From Oligoflexales bacterium (GTDB lineage Bacteria; Bdellovibrionota_B; Oligoflexia; Oligoflexales; CAIYRB01), in assembly GCA_041736175.1 (NCBI GenBank), contig JBGSUI010000029.1, forward strand, positions 1 through 23,023: DNA of 23,023 nt, in the 5' to 3' direction. Both the position numbers and the translations under genes were made by a program. Below, one piece after another: positions 1 through 8,086 of this stretch. The notes beneath the pieces are model-generated. The model had not been told where the DNA came from and ran no database searches. It worked only from the letters and a program-made list of their open reading frames with translations. Position 1 is the first letter of the stretch. Each line of letters opens with the position of its first letter.

Positions 1-2
1 AC

Positions 3-140
3 CATACGGTGGATAACTTGACTCTGAAGTGTCGCAGTCATAACCAGTACGAAGCCCGCAAAAATCTTGGCGAGGAGTTTTGGCAACAAAATCTAAACAA
101 AAAAACCGGCTTCGTCGTCAAAACCGTCGGTGATCTTTAG
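3..140 (+). CDS. HNH endonuclease, C-terminal part (gene starts upstream of the window)
   Basis: Frame +3 is open from the window edge to TAG at 138-140 and reads HTVDNLTLKCRSHNQYEARKNLGEEFWQQ. This matches the second half of the HNH motif (N-L-x-x-x-C-x-x-H-N). It is absent from the ORF track because it has no start codon in the window. Confidence 0.75.
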   Translation, partial: HTVDNLTLKCRSHNQYEARKNLGEEFWQQNLNKKTGFVVKTVGDL

Positions 141-177
141 CCTGGGGGGAGCCTGGGGGAGCCTGGGGGAGCCAGGG
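139..177 (+). repeat. Tandem repeat AGCCTGGGGG(G) x3 plus partial AGCCAGGG
   Basis: Units read directly at 139-149, 150-159 and 160-169, with a partial unit at 170-177. It lies between the convergent HNH and mqnC stop codons. Confidence 0.95.
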
Positions 178-211
178 AAAACCTGTATCAGAGCGGTGAG
201 GACCGAAAAAA

Positions 212-1270
212 TCAAGAAATAGGAAAAGGTGCTCGCATAACCGGCTCATAACCCTGCTTACGGGCGGCAGCGAGTAGGGCAGCAAAATCGTGGGAAATGG
301 TCGCCCCCGCTTTTTGGGTTACCTCGTCTTCGGTGGGCAAGTCAAAGTCATTGGCTCCAAAAGCAAGCCCCTTAAGGGCATCCTCATTTTTGGTCAAGAC
401 CGAGGTGCGAATATGTCTGATATTATGCAAATAGATGCGGCAAATAGCCAGCCATCTTAGATACTCACTGGTGCTGATCTCGGCGCCGCTTAAGGCCGTA
501 TGATCCGGCTTATAGGTCCAGCAAAGAAAACTCGCAAGTTTCCGTTCCTGGGAGTCTTGAAACTGTCTCAAATCGCTCAGGTGCTTAAGCCTTTGCTCGA
601 GGGTCTCGTCAAATCCAATCACCATCGTTGCCGTAGAACCCATACCGGATTTTAAGATCGCTTTTTGGGCCCCATAGTAGTCAGCCACTTTATATTTACC
701 GGGACTATGCTGGAGACGAAATTTGTCTTCAAGGATTTCAGCACCGCCTCCTGTTACCCAGCGGGTGCCGGCGCTTCGCAAGATCTCGGCACCTTCGTCG
801 TAGGAAACCTTAGAGACTTTACAGCTAAACATAAATTCAGCAACCGTCATCTCGTAGAATTCCAACTGTCCTTGATACCGACGTCGCACCTCACTAAACA
901 GATTTGCATAATCATGGATGCGCAGTTGGGGATGAAACCCCCCATTAAACCCTACCAAAGTCCCCCCCAGCTCTCGCAGGCGGTCGACCTTTTCGCACAC
1001 TTGGTCCGTGGACAGCAGGTAGGTTCCTTCCTGGTGGGGAAGCCGATAAAAAGCACAATAATCGCATTTAGCCACACAGATGTTTGTGTAGTTAATGATC
1101 GCCATAATGATGTAGGTTGCTTGATCGGGAGTATGATACCGGTTACGCACCAAGGTGGCTAAATGGCGGAGTTCGTCGTCTGAAGCTTCTAGATAGAGGA
1201 TGGCAGCTTCATCGATATCGATGGGGATTCTGCGTTCGATTTTTTTTTGAATACTTGATCGATGATCCAT
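212..1270 (-). CDS. mqnC: CofH/MqnC-family radical SAM protein, probable cyclic dehypoxanthine futalosine synthase
   Basis: INYTNICVAKCDYCAFYR (CxxxCxxC), GGGAEIL, STATMVIG..ET..QR..HL..LR..QD and FGANDF motifs. GGGGAG ribosome-binding site upstream of ATG 1270. Confidence 0.8.
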   Translation of the reverse strand: MDHRSSIQKKIERRIPIDIDEAAILYLEASDDELRHLATLVRNRYHTPDQATYIIMAIINYTNICVAKCDYCAFYRLPHQEGTYLLSTDQVCEKVDRLRELGGTLVGFNGGFHPQLRIHDYANLFSEVRRRYQGQLEFYEMTVAEFMFSCKVSKVSYDEGAEILRSAGTRWVTGGGAEILEDKFRLQHSPGKYKVADYYGAQKAILKSGMGSTATMVIGFDETLEQRLKHLSDLRQFQDSQERKLASFLCWTYKPDHTALSGAEISTSEYLRWLAICRIYLHNIRHIRTSVLTKNEDALKGLAFGANDFDLPTEDEVTQKAGATISHDFAALLAAARKQGYEPVMRAPFPIS

Positions 1271-1324
1271 GATGACCGCTCCCCCACACCCTTGTAAAAC
1301 CCCTAAACCACTCCGGTTACGGTC

Positions 1325-1353
1325 ATTTTAGCGGTTCTCATTTACCTTGTCAT
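1325..1353 (-). promoter_or_regulatory. Putative sigma70 promoter for mqnC
   Basis: Minus strand reads ATGACA (1353-1348), a 17-nt spacer, then TAAAAT (1330-1325), about 55 nt upstream of the start codon. Confidence 0.55.
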
Positions 1354-1404
1354 TACGAAACTAGCTAGGTCCGTCGATCACTTAGTCCTCAAAAATAGGC
1401 TCCT

Positions 1405-2730
1405 TTAGAAAACACTCCAAGGGTACTGGAAAATAAGGGTTGGTTGGGTTCCTTCGGACCCAGAAGCCACATCAAACCGCACCACAAACCCTGAAGCTAA
1501 AATAAACCGAATCCCGCCCCCAAAGGAATGCCGCCAATCTTTACCGAGATCCGCGGTCGAATCAGCCACCGTCCCCGCCTCGGCAAAGGCCGCTAGCTGG
1601 ACCCCCGTGCGAACCCCACTGGCCACAAAGATATTAAAGGGGGTAAACTCCTCCGTAAGATTCCACCGAAACTCCGTCCCTAGGGCCACGGTGTGAGCTG
1701 CATAAAAGCGGTTGGTGACATAGGACCGCAGTCGCTGGGTGCCACCCAACCCTGGGGCCGTACCATAGTTATTGGCAGCCCTTTGCTCCAGGACAAAATC
1801 AGATTCCGTCTTGTTACAAGTGTCGCGATCAGGGCCCTCGGGGACATTTTCGCAGCCAAACCCCAGCTTTTCCTTGATGGCCTGGGGATCGGTCTCGCCT
1901 TTTCTCTGGACCACTGCCTGGGCTCGGTAAAGATTAAAAACCCAAGTTGAAAAATTCCCAACCGGGACGTATCCTAACAGATTGCCCTCAAGTTGGTAGG
2001 TATCAGCATTAAACTTCGAGGCTGCGGGGCGATCATATCGATAGATCTCTAGGGATGCGCCTTTACGGGCATCAGACCGATCGTCTGTCAAATCCAGAAA
2101 CGTACCGAGGCTGGTGCTGGTTTCGCTGTTTTTATCGTTGTTTCCCTTGGTAATCAACTCACCTTTATCATTGCGGATGGCCCCCAGCTGGGACTCTTGC
2201 CGATTGGCTCCCGCCAAGAGCTGGAGCCGCCTGTCAAAAAGCCTTAAGTTGACTTGGGCTAACAGGAGGCCAAAACGGTCGAGGACCACATACTTACGGT
2301 CGCTAGGATTTGATTTAACCCCCCGACGATGGGACTCTAGAGCTGCTTTATCGAAGGTGTTCCAAAAAAGGTTGATGGTAAAATTATCCCCATAAAGCGG
2401 GATATCCACAGCTCCGGCTCCTGCACCTGCCAGATCTCCCCAAAACCTAAAACCTAACAGGTCCAACTCCTTTTCGCCCACATTAAAGGCGCCTCCCAGG
2501 ATTCCATAGGTAAACCCAATCCCTGGAATATTGGCCATCGCCGGCGTCAAAATATGCCCTGGTGTGGTCTGTCGTTGATCCTTGCGCCTGATGGGAGCTA
2601 TGGTTCCCAGAATATGGTCTTCTGAGGGTGCCTCGTAGGCTTTTTCCGCAGCAAATCCCCCAACAGGATCTGTCCCCCAGAGGTTCGCGGCTACCAGGAA
2701 AGCTCTCCAACCTTTGCGTCCGCTACCCAT
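1405..2730 (-). CDS. Omp85 (BamA/TamA superfamily) outer-membrane beta-barrel without evident POTRA domains
   Basis: Signal-like N-terminus, amphipathic beta-strands, LGGTQRLRSY resembling the Omp85 loop-6 (V/I)RG(F/Y) motif, GGGIRF, and a C-terminal Phe (YPWSVF). Strong AAGGAGG ribosome-binding site. Confidence 0.75.
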   Translation of the reverse strand: MGSGRKGWRAFLVAANLWGTDPVGGFAAEKAYEAPSEDHILGTIAPIRRKDQRQTTPGHILTPAMANIPGIGFTYGILGGAFNVGEKELDLLGFRFWGDLAGAGAGAVDIPLYGDNFTINLFWNTFDKAALESHRRGVKSNPSDRKYVVLDRFGLLLAQVNLRLFDRRLQLLAGANRQESQLGAIRNDKGELITKGNNDKNSETSTSLGTFLDLTDDRSDARKGASLEIYRYDRPAASKFNADTYQLEGNLLGYVPVGNFSTWVFNLYRAQAVVQRKGETDPQAIKEKLGFGCENVPEGPDRDTCNKTESDFVLEQRAANNYGTAPGLGGTQRLRSYVTNRFYAAHTVALGTEFRWNLTEEFTPFNIFVASGVRTGVQLAAFAEAGTVADSTADLGKDWRHSFGGGIRFILASGFVVRFDVASGSEGTQPTLIFQYPWSVF

Positions 2731-2912
2731 TGGTTAAGCCTCCTTATTGAGTGCTTGTGGATTCTTAAGACCTCGCGGAGGCCTCTCTTGGAATCTCTGG
2801 TTTGATGAAGGTGTTTTCACGGATCACTGCTATATTACCCTGAAAGCGACTGGGGCGCACCTTACTTAAGGCTCAGGTCCTGGTCTGCCATGAATCCATA
2901 AGGAGCGCTCCC

Positions 2913-3665
2913 ATGTTAAGTCGTCTTTGTAACGCCATTGCTCGTCCACCGTTTATTTTTTGCTTATTCACCTTGATCGGAGGACTCGCACCTCTGAAAT
3001 CCTCTGGGGCCCAAGCCACCCCTTCACCAGCCACCCCTCCACCAGCCTCCCCCCCTCCCGCTCCCCCCCCAACACAGGTGGTTCCCCAGACCGCCGTCAA
3101 AAAAATCCTATGCCTTGGTGACTCCCTCACCGATGGTTACGGCGTCGCCCGCGAAGCTTCATGGCCCACGCTTTTAGAGGCTGCCCTTAAGGAGAAAGGC
3201 TATCATAACACAAAGGTTGTCAATGCGGGCCTCAGTGGCTCAACCAGCGCGAGCGGACTATCTCGCCTCCAGTGGCAGCTTAAATCCCCAGACAAACCAC
3301 AGCTCTTGATCCTAGCCCTCGGCGCTAACGATGGTCTGCGAGGGATTGATCTTAAGAGCACCAAAGCCAATCTTGAGGCGGTGATTAAACTCTCATTACA
3401 AAACCAGATCAAAGTTATCCTTGTGGGGATGCAGATGCCCGCAAACTACGGAACCACCTACACGGATGAGTTTGCAAGGATCTTTACCGATCTGGCCAAA
3501 ACCTATCACACAGGGCTTATCCCTTTTCTCCTCGAAGGAGTGGCTATGGACAAAAAATTAAACCAAAATGATGGGATTCATCCCAACGAACTCGGCTATA
3601 AAAGAGTCATCCTCAATGTTGTTCCCCATGTGATCAACGCCTTAGAAGCACAAAAGCCAATTTAA
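2913..3665 (+). CDS. tesA: Arylesterase / acyl-CoA thioesterase I (SGNH/GDSL hydrolase), exported
   Basis: LGDSLT (block I Ser), NAGLSG, LGANDGLRG and DGIHPN (Asp/His). Signal peptide followed by a Pro-rich linker. AGGAG ribosome-binding site. Confidence 0.9.
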   Translation: MLSRLCNAIARPPFIFCLFTLIGGLAPLKSSGAQATPSPATPPPASPPPAPPPTQVVPQTAVKKILCLGDSLTDGYGVAREASWPTLLEAALKEKGYHNTKVVNAGLSGSTSASGLSRLQWQLKSPDKPQLLILALGANDGLRGIDLKSTKANLEAVIKLSLQNQIKVILVGMQMPANYGTTYTDEFARIFTDLAKTYHTGLIPFLLEGVAMDKKLNQNDGIHPNELGYKRVILNVVPHVINALEAQKPI

Positions 3666-3778
3666 ACTATTTTTTGACAACATGAGTTGGCCGTCGATTC
3701 CTCAAATAATAGGAATATCATATGATTTTTGGGCCTATAGGAGTAGGGTGCATCTGAAACCTAAAGGGGAGATTATCT

Positions 3779-6700
3779 TTGAAAAAAGAATCGAAACCAC
3801 TTATAGAAAGCATGCGAAAATCCCGCGCCGGACCAAAACAACCCCCGAGTGACCAAAAAAATACTGTCAAAAAGCCCCCTCTCAAATCCACGCAGAGGGG
3901 ACCAATCCCAGCAGACTTCCCCATTGCGGGTATAGGTAGCTCTGCTGGTGGACTCGAAGCCCTTAAAAAACTCTTCTCCCTCCTCCCCAAAGACACCGGT
4001 ATAGGCTACGTGGTCATCCAACACTTGGATCCCACCCACCAAAGTATGACATCAGAAATCCTTTCTCGGGAAACAGCCATGCCTGTCACTGAGATCGAGG
4101 ACGGAATGGAGGTTGAAAAAAACCATGTCTATGTGATTCCTCCCGATCAAAATGTGGAGATCTCAGGTCGGATCCTTAAACTGATATCCCGTCACCCAGA
4201 GAGAGGAATCAATCTACCTTTCGATTTTTTTCTGACCAGTTTGGCCAATTCAAAGTCCCTGAGGGCAATTGCCATCGTGCTGTCTGGGACAGGTTCTGAT
4301 GGGTCTATGGGCCTGCAGCCCATCAAGTCTCAAGGCGGCCTTACCATCGCCCAAGCCCCCAACACGGCTAAGTACGACAGCATGCCCCAATGCGCCATCG
4401 ATACCGGGTCTGTGGCCCTTATATTGACCCCAGAAGAGATCGCCGCAGAGCTTACTAACCAATCCTCTCCCTGGTGGGCTGGACTCAAATCTAAGAGCAA
4501 AACCCAAGAACCACTCAAATCCGCCGACTATCCCGCAGAACATCCCCCAGAAACAATTTTTCCTCGGGATGAGGGCCTTACCAGCGTCTTAGCCTTCCTC
4601 CGTCATGGGACCGGAGTTGATTTTTCCCATTATAAGCAAAACTCTTTGCAAAGACGGATTTCACGGCGCATGTTGGTCCACAATGCCAAAAATTACAGCC
4701 GCTATGCCCAATATCTTGAAAACCACCCCGATGAAATCAAGGCCCTTTTTGATGAAATCCTGATCCATGTGACCGGGTTTTTTCGCGACCCAGGTGTTTT
4801 CGACGCTCTCAAATCCCATCTCAAAGAAAAATTCTCTAAAAAACAGGATATTAACGTCCCTTTTCGGATCTGGGTCCCAGGGTGTTCCACCGGCGAAGAG
4901 ACCTACTCCCTTGCTATCGCTTGCTGCGAGATACAAGAGCTTGGGGGGAGCGCCCGACCAATTATTATTTTTGGGTCAGACCTGAGCGAGGCATCCCTGC
5001 GTGTGGCCCGGGCGGGAGTCTACGACGAATCCCTCGCCAAAAAAGTGCTATCTAAGGATAGGCTGCAGAAATATTTTGAAAGAACAGCCTCTGGCAAATT
5101 AAAGGTCGCGAAACGCATCCGGGAGATGTGTCTTTTTTCGCGCCATGATGTGACTAAGGATCCCCCATTTGCCAACCTCGATCTGATTTCCTGTAGAAAT
5201 CTGCTTATCTATTTCGATACCAAACTGCAGCAGACCGTCGTTCCTATTTTTCATTATGCACTCAAGCAAGATGGCATCTTGGTCCTCGGAAAATCAGAGA
5301 CCATAGGCAACTTTGGGTCCCTATTTAAAACCAAAGAAAACATCCATAAAATATATTTCAAAAAAAAGTGCTCCCTTCCCCTCCGCTTGCCTTTTGTCAC
5401 CAAGCCCTACCCAGCGGACGCTTTACCGACCCTGCGGCAGACCAACGAACTCTTCCCCAGTCGCACCGACTTAATGCGGCTTGCGGACCGCATGGCCATC
5501 GATCTCTATGTCCCAGCCTGCGTTTTGGTGACTGAGTCGTTAGAAATCATCCATTCCAGGGGCAAAACCTCGCCCTATCTTGAGCTACCTTCCGGACAAC
5601 CTACCCTTAACATCCTCAGGATGGCCCATCCAGAAATCGTCGCCGACCTCAGAGCGCTCCTCACAGAGGTGCGGAAAAAAGCCAAACCACAAACCCTCAC
5701 CAGCCTCGCCATTCATGAAGAGAGCCGGGCCCGTCACTTTTCGATTAAGGTCGTCCCCATTTCAACCCACCAACCTGCGTCCGAAATGTACTACTCCATC
5801 TTTTTTCAGGAAGACCCTTTTGAAAAAGGCAAAAAGATCGTCCCCCCCAAAAAAACCAAAAATCTGGATCAAAATTCAAGGCACCTGGAGCTTCAAAAAG
5901 AACTTTCTGCAAATCACGCCTACCAAGCCTCGCTGATCGAAGACTATCAGGCGAGCCAAGAAGAACTGGTGTCGAGCAATGAAGAACTCCAATCCATCAA
6001 CGAAGAATTACAGTCCACAAACGAAGAACTAGAAACGGCCAAAGAAGAGCTGCAGTCCACCAACGAAGAGCTTTCTACCGTCAACGACCAAATGCAAACC
6101 CGGAATGCGGAAATTGCCAGCCTCAATCTGGACTTTAAAAACCTCTTCGAAGGCTCAAGCATACCTATCGTCATGTTAAATCCAAAAGGCCACATCCGCC
6201 TTTACACCCCTAAAGCAAGTGATACGTTAAATCTTGGTCCTTCGGATATCGGTAAGCAGCTAGACCAAGTGCAGGCCATGACCAGCATGCCCCAACTCGA
6301 TCAAATGCTCTCGGATGTCCTAGGTCACCGTAAATTTAAAGAGCTAGAGATACAGGATCATAGGGGCCACTGGTACAATCTCCAGGCACGACCGAGCCTT
6401 ACTGACAACGATGAATCCACAGGTGCCGTCCTGTCGCTCCTTGATATCGACAAAATCAAGCGCGCACGGGAAGACGCCACGGCTATCATCGATGCCCTTC
6501 CGATTCCACTCCTGGTGATCGACAAAAACCAAGTGGTTAAAATCGCCAATCAGATTTTCTGTGACAAATTTAAGGTGATCCGTGCCGAAACCGAAGGCCA
6601 ACTGGTCTCAGAACTAGGGGAAGGCCAGTGGAATATCCCCAAACTTTTAAACCGCCTCTCTGAGAATTTCACCAAGAATGTCTCTTTTGATAATTTTGAA

Positions 6701-8086
6701 GTGGAAACCTACATCCCCAATCTTGGAAGAAAAAGCCACTTGCTCCATGGTCGACGAATCCAACTTTCAGGCACAAACGAACCCGCCACCCTCTTAGTCA
6801 TCGTCGACATTTCCGACATCCGTCAGACGGAGATGGCCCTCTTAGAGAGCGAAAAAAATCGACAGCTCATTGACATAAATAAGAAGCTAAGCGAAGAAAG
6901 CGCCGTCCAGGAAAAAGTCCTCAGGGAAAATGCCGAAAAGGCCAATCTTTTAAAGGACGAATTTCTGGCGATTTTATCCCATGAACTCCGCACGCCCCTC
7001 TCTGCAATCTACTCCTGGGCGCAGCAGCTGATGAGTGGCAATCTCGATTCCGAAAAAACACTTTATGGAATAAAAGTCATCTACCAAAGCGCTAAAGTCC
7101 AGTGCCAACTCGTGGACGACCTTTTGGATATCTCCCGGATTCAGGCAGGCAAGCTCAACCTTTCCTTCCAAGATACCGATGTCCGCAAGGCTATAGCAGT
7201 GGCGATCGAGTCAACCCAAACCTTGGCGGTAAATAAAAAAATAACCATCAAGACCCTGGTCAATCCTAACGTCGGCCTAATCTATGCGGATCCAGTGAGA
7301 CTAGAACAGATCCTGTGGAATTTGATCACCAATGGCATTAAGTTTTCGCCTATGGGCAGTCAGATTGTGGTGAAACTAGACCAGGTGACCTCCCCAACAG
7401 GAGATCAGCTCAGTCTGCAGGTGATCGACAAGGGAAAAGGAATCGATAAAGAATTTCTTCCCATTATATTTGACAGGTTTACCCAGGTGGATAGCTCCAG
7501 CACGCGGAGTTACGGCGGGCTGGGTCTAGGACTGGCTATCGCCAAAAAGCTGGTAGAAATGCATCAGGGAACCATCACAGCCGAAAGCGAGGGCGAAGGC
7601 AAAGGATCGACCTTTAGGGTGCTGCTGCCTTTAACCCAGCCGTCTCACAAACTGGAAGAGGGGCAGACCACCATGGACAAAAAAACCTTGCCAACCCTTG
7701 AAACAAGCCTCCAAGGTGTAAAGGTTCTTGTGGTCGATGACGATTCTTTTTCGAGGGAGATTTTTTCTATCACCATCGAGTCTTTCGGAGCTGTAGTCCA
7801 TGCAGTGGAATCGGCTCAAGCAGGATTTGATGCGCTGAGGGAATTTAGCCCCGATATCCTGATTAGTGATATTTCCATGCCTGGCGAGGATGGTTTTAGT
7901 TTTATTAAGAGAGTCCGAGCGCTCCCACCACCCCTAGGACATATTCCAGCCATCGCCCTCACCGCCCATGCCGGTCGGGAGGATATCGAAAAGACCTTAA
8001 AGACCGGTTTCCAAGCTCATCTGGTGAAGCCTGTGGATGGCAATAAGTTGGCTCTCTTGATAGCCAGTCTGGTAACCCGTAACTAA
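3779..8086 (+). CDS. CheB/CheR fusion hybrid sensor histidine kinase (CheB-CheR-coiled coil-PAS-HisKA-HATPase-REC)
   Basis: CheB motifs GIGSSAGG, VIQHLDP and LSGTGSDG. CheR motifs TGFFRD, WVPGCSTGEETYS and ISCRNLLIYF. NEELQS heptad repeats. H-box LSHELRTPL, N-box NLITNGIKFS, GGLGLGLAI. Receiver motifs VVDD, ISDISMP and VKP. TTG start with GGGGAG ribosome-binding site; ATG 3812 is an alternative start. Confidence 0.93.
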   Translation: MKKESKPLIESMRKSRAGPKQPPSDQKNTVKKPPLKSTQRGPIPADFPIAGIGSSAGGLEALKKLFSLLPKDTGIGYVVIQHLDPTHQSMTSEILSRETAMPVTEIEDGMEVEKNHVYVIPPDQNVEISGRILKLISRHPERGINLPFDFFLTSLANSKSLRAIAIVLSGTGSDGSMGLQPIKSQGGLTIAQAPNTAKYDSMPQCAIDTGSVALILTPEEIAAELTNQSSPWWAGLKSKSKTQEPLKSADYPAEHPPETIFPRDEGLTSVLAFLRHGTGVDFSHYKQNSLQRRISRRMLVHNAKNYSRYAQYLENHPDEIKALFDEILIHVTGFFRDPGVFDALKSHLKEKFSKKQDINVPFRIWVPGCSTGEETYSLAIACCEIQELGGSARPIIIFGSDLSEASLRVARAGVYDESLAKKVLSKDRLQKYFERTASGKLKVAKRIREMCLFSRHDVTKDPPFANLDLISCRNLLIYFDTKLQQTVVPIFHYALKQDGILVLGKSETIGNFGSLFKTKENIHKIYFKKKCSLPLRLPFVTKPYPADALPTLRQTNELFPSRTDLMRLADRMAIDLYVPACVLVTESLEIIHSRGKTSPYLELPSGQPTLNILRMAHPEIVADLRALLTEVRKKAKPQTLTSLAIHEESRARHFSIKVVPISTHQPASEMYYSIFFQEDPFEKGKKIVPPKKTKNLDQNSRHLELQKELSANHAYQASLIEDYQASQEELVSSNEELQSINEELQSTNEELETAKEELQSTNEELSTVNDQMQTRNAEIASLNLDFKNLFEGSSIPIVMLNPKGHIRLYTPKASDTLNLGPSDIGKQLDQVQAMTSMPQLDQMLSDVLGHRKFKELEIQDHRGHWYNLQARPSLTDNDESTGAVLSLLDIDKIKRAREDATAIIDALPIPLLVIDKNQVVKIANQIFCDKFKVIRAETEGQLVSELGEGQWNIPKLLNRLSENFTKNVSFDNFEVETYIPNLGRKSHLLHGRRIQLSGTNEPATLLVIVDISDIRQTEMALLESEKNRQLIDINKKLSEESAVQEKVLRENAEKANLLKDEFLAILSHELRTPLSAIYSWAQQLMSGNLDSEKTLYGIKVIYQSAKVQCQLVDDLLDISRIQAGKLNLSFQDTDVRKAIAVAIESTQTLAVNKKITIKTLVNPNVGLIYADPVRLEQILWNLITNGIKFSPMGSQIVVKLDQVTSPTGDQLSLQVIDKGKGIDKEFLPIIFDRFTQVDSSSTRSYGGLGLGLAIAKKLVEMHQGTITAESEGEGKGSTFRVLLPLTQPSHKLEEGQTTMDKKTLPTLETSLQGVKVLVVDDDSFSREIFSITIESFGAVVHAVESAQAGFDALREFSPDILISDISMPGEDGFSFIKRVRALPPPLGHIPAIALTAHAGREDIEKTLKTGFQAHLVKPVDGNKLALLIASLVTRN

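Noticed and set aside
2..89. Minus-strand frame reading LLPKLLAKIFAGFVLVMTATLQSQ, resembling a signal peptide
   Set aside because: It is antisense to the much better supported HNH motif on the plus strand and has no ribosome-binding site.
139..177. Tandem repeat as a CRISPR array
   Set aside because: The units are 10 bp, there are no spacers, and there are no cas genes in the window.
3674..3726. TTGACA plus an ATTCCT/AGGAAT hairpin after tesA as a promoter or terminator
   Set aside because: There is no -10 element at proper spacing, and the stem is weak and AT-rich with no adjacent U-tract.
5975..6075. Recurring AACGAAGA/CAGTCCAC DNA repeats
   Set aside because: Explained by the NEELQST heptad coiled coil of the CheB/CheR kinase.
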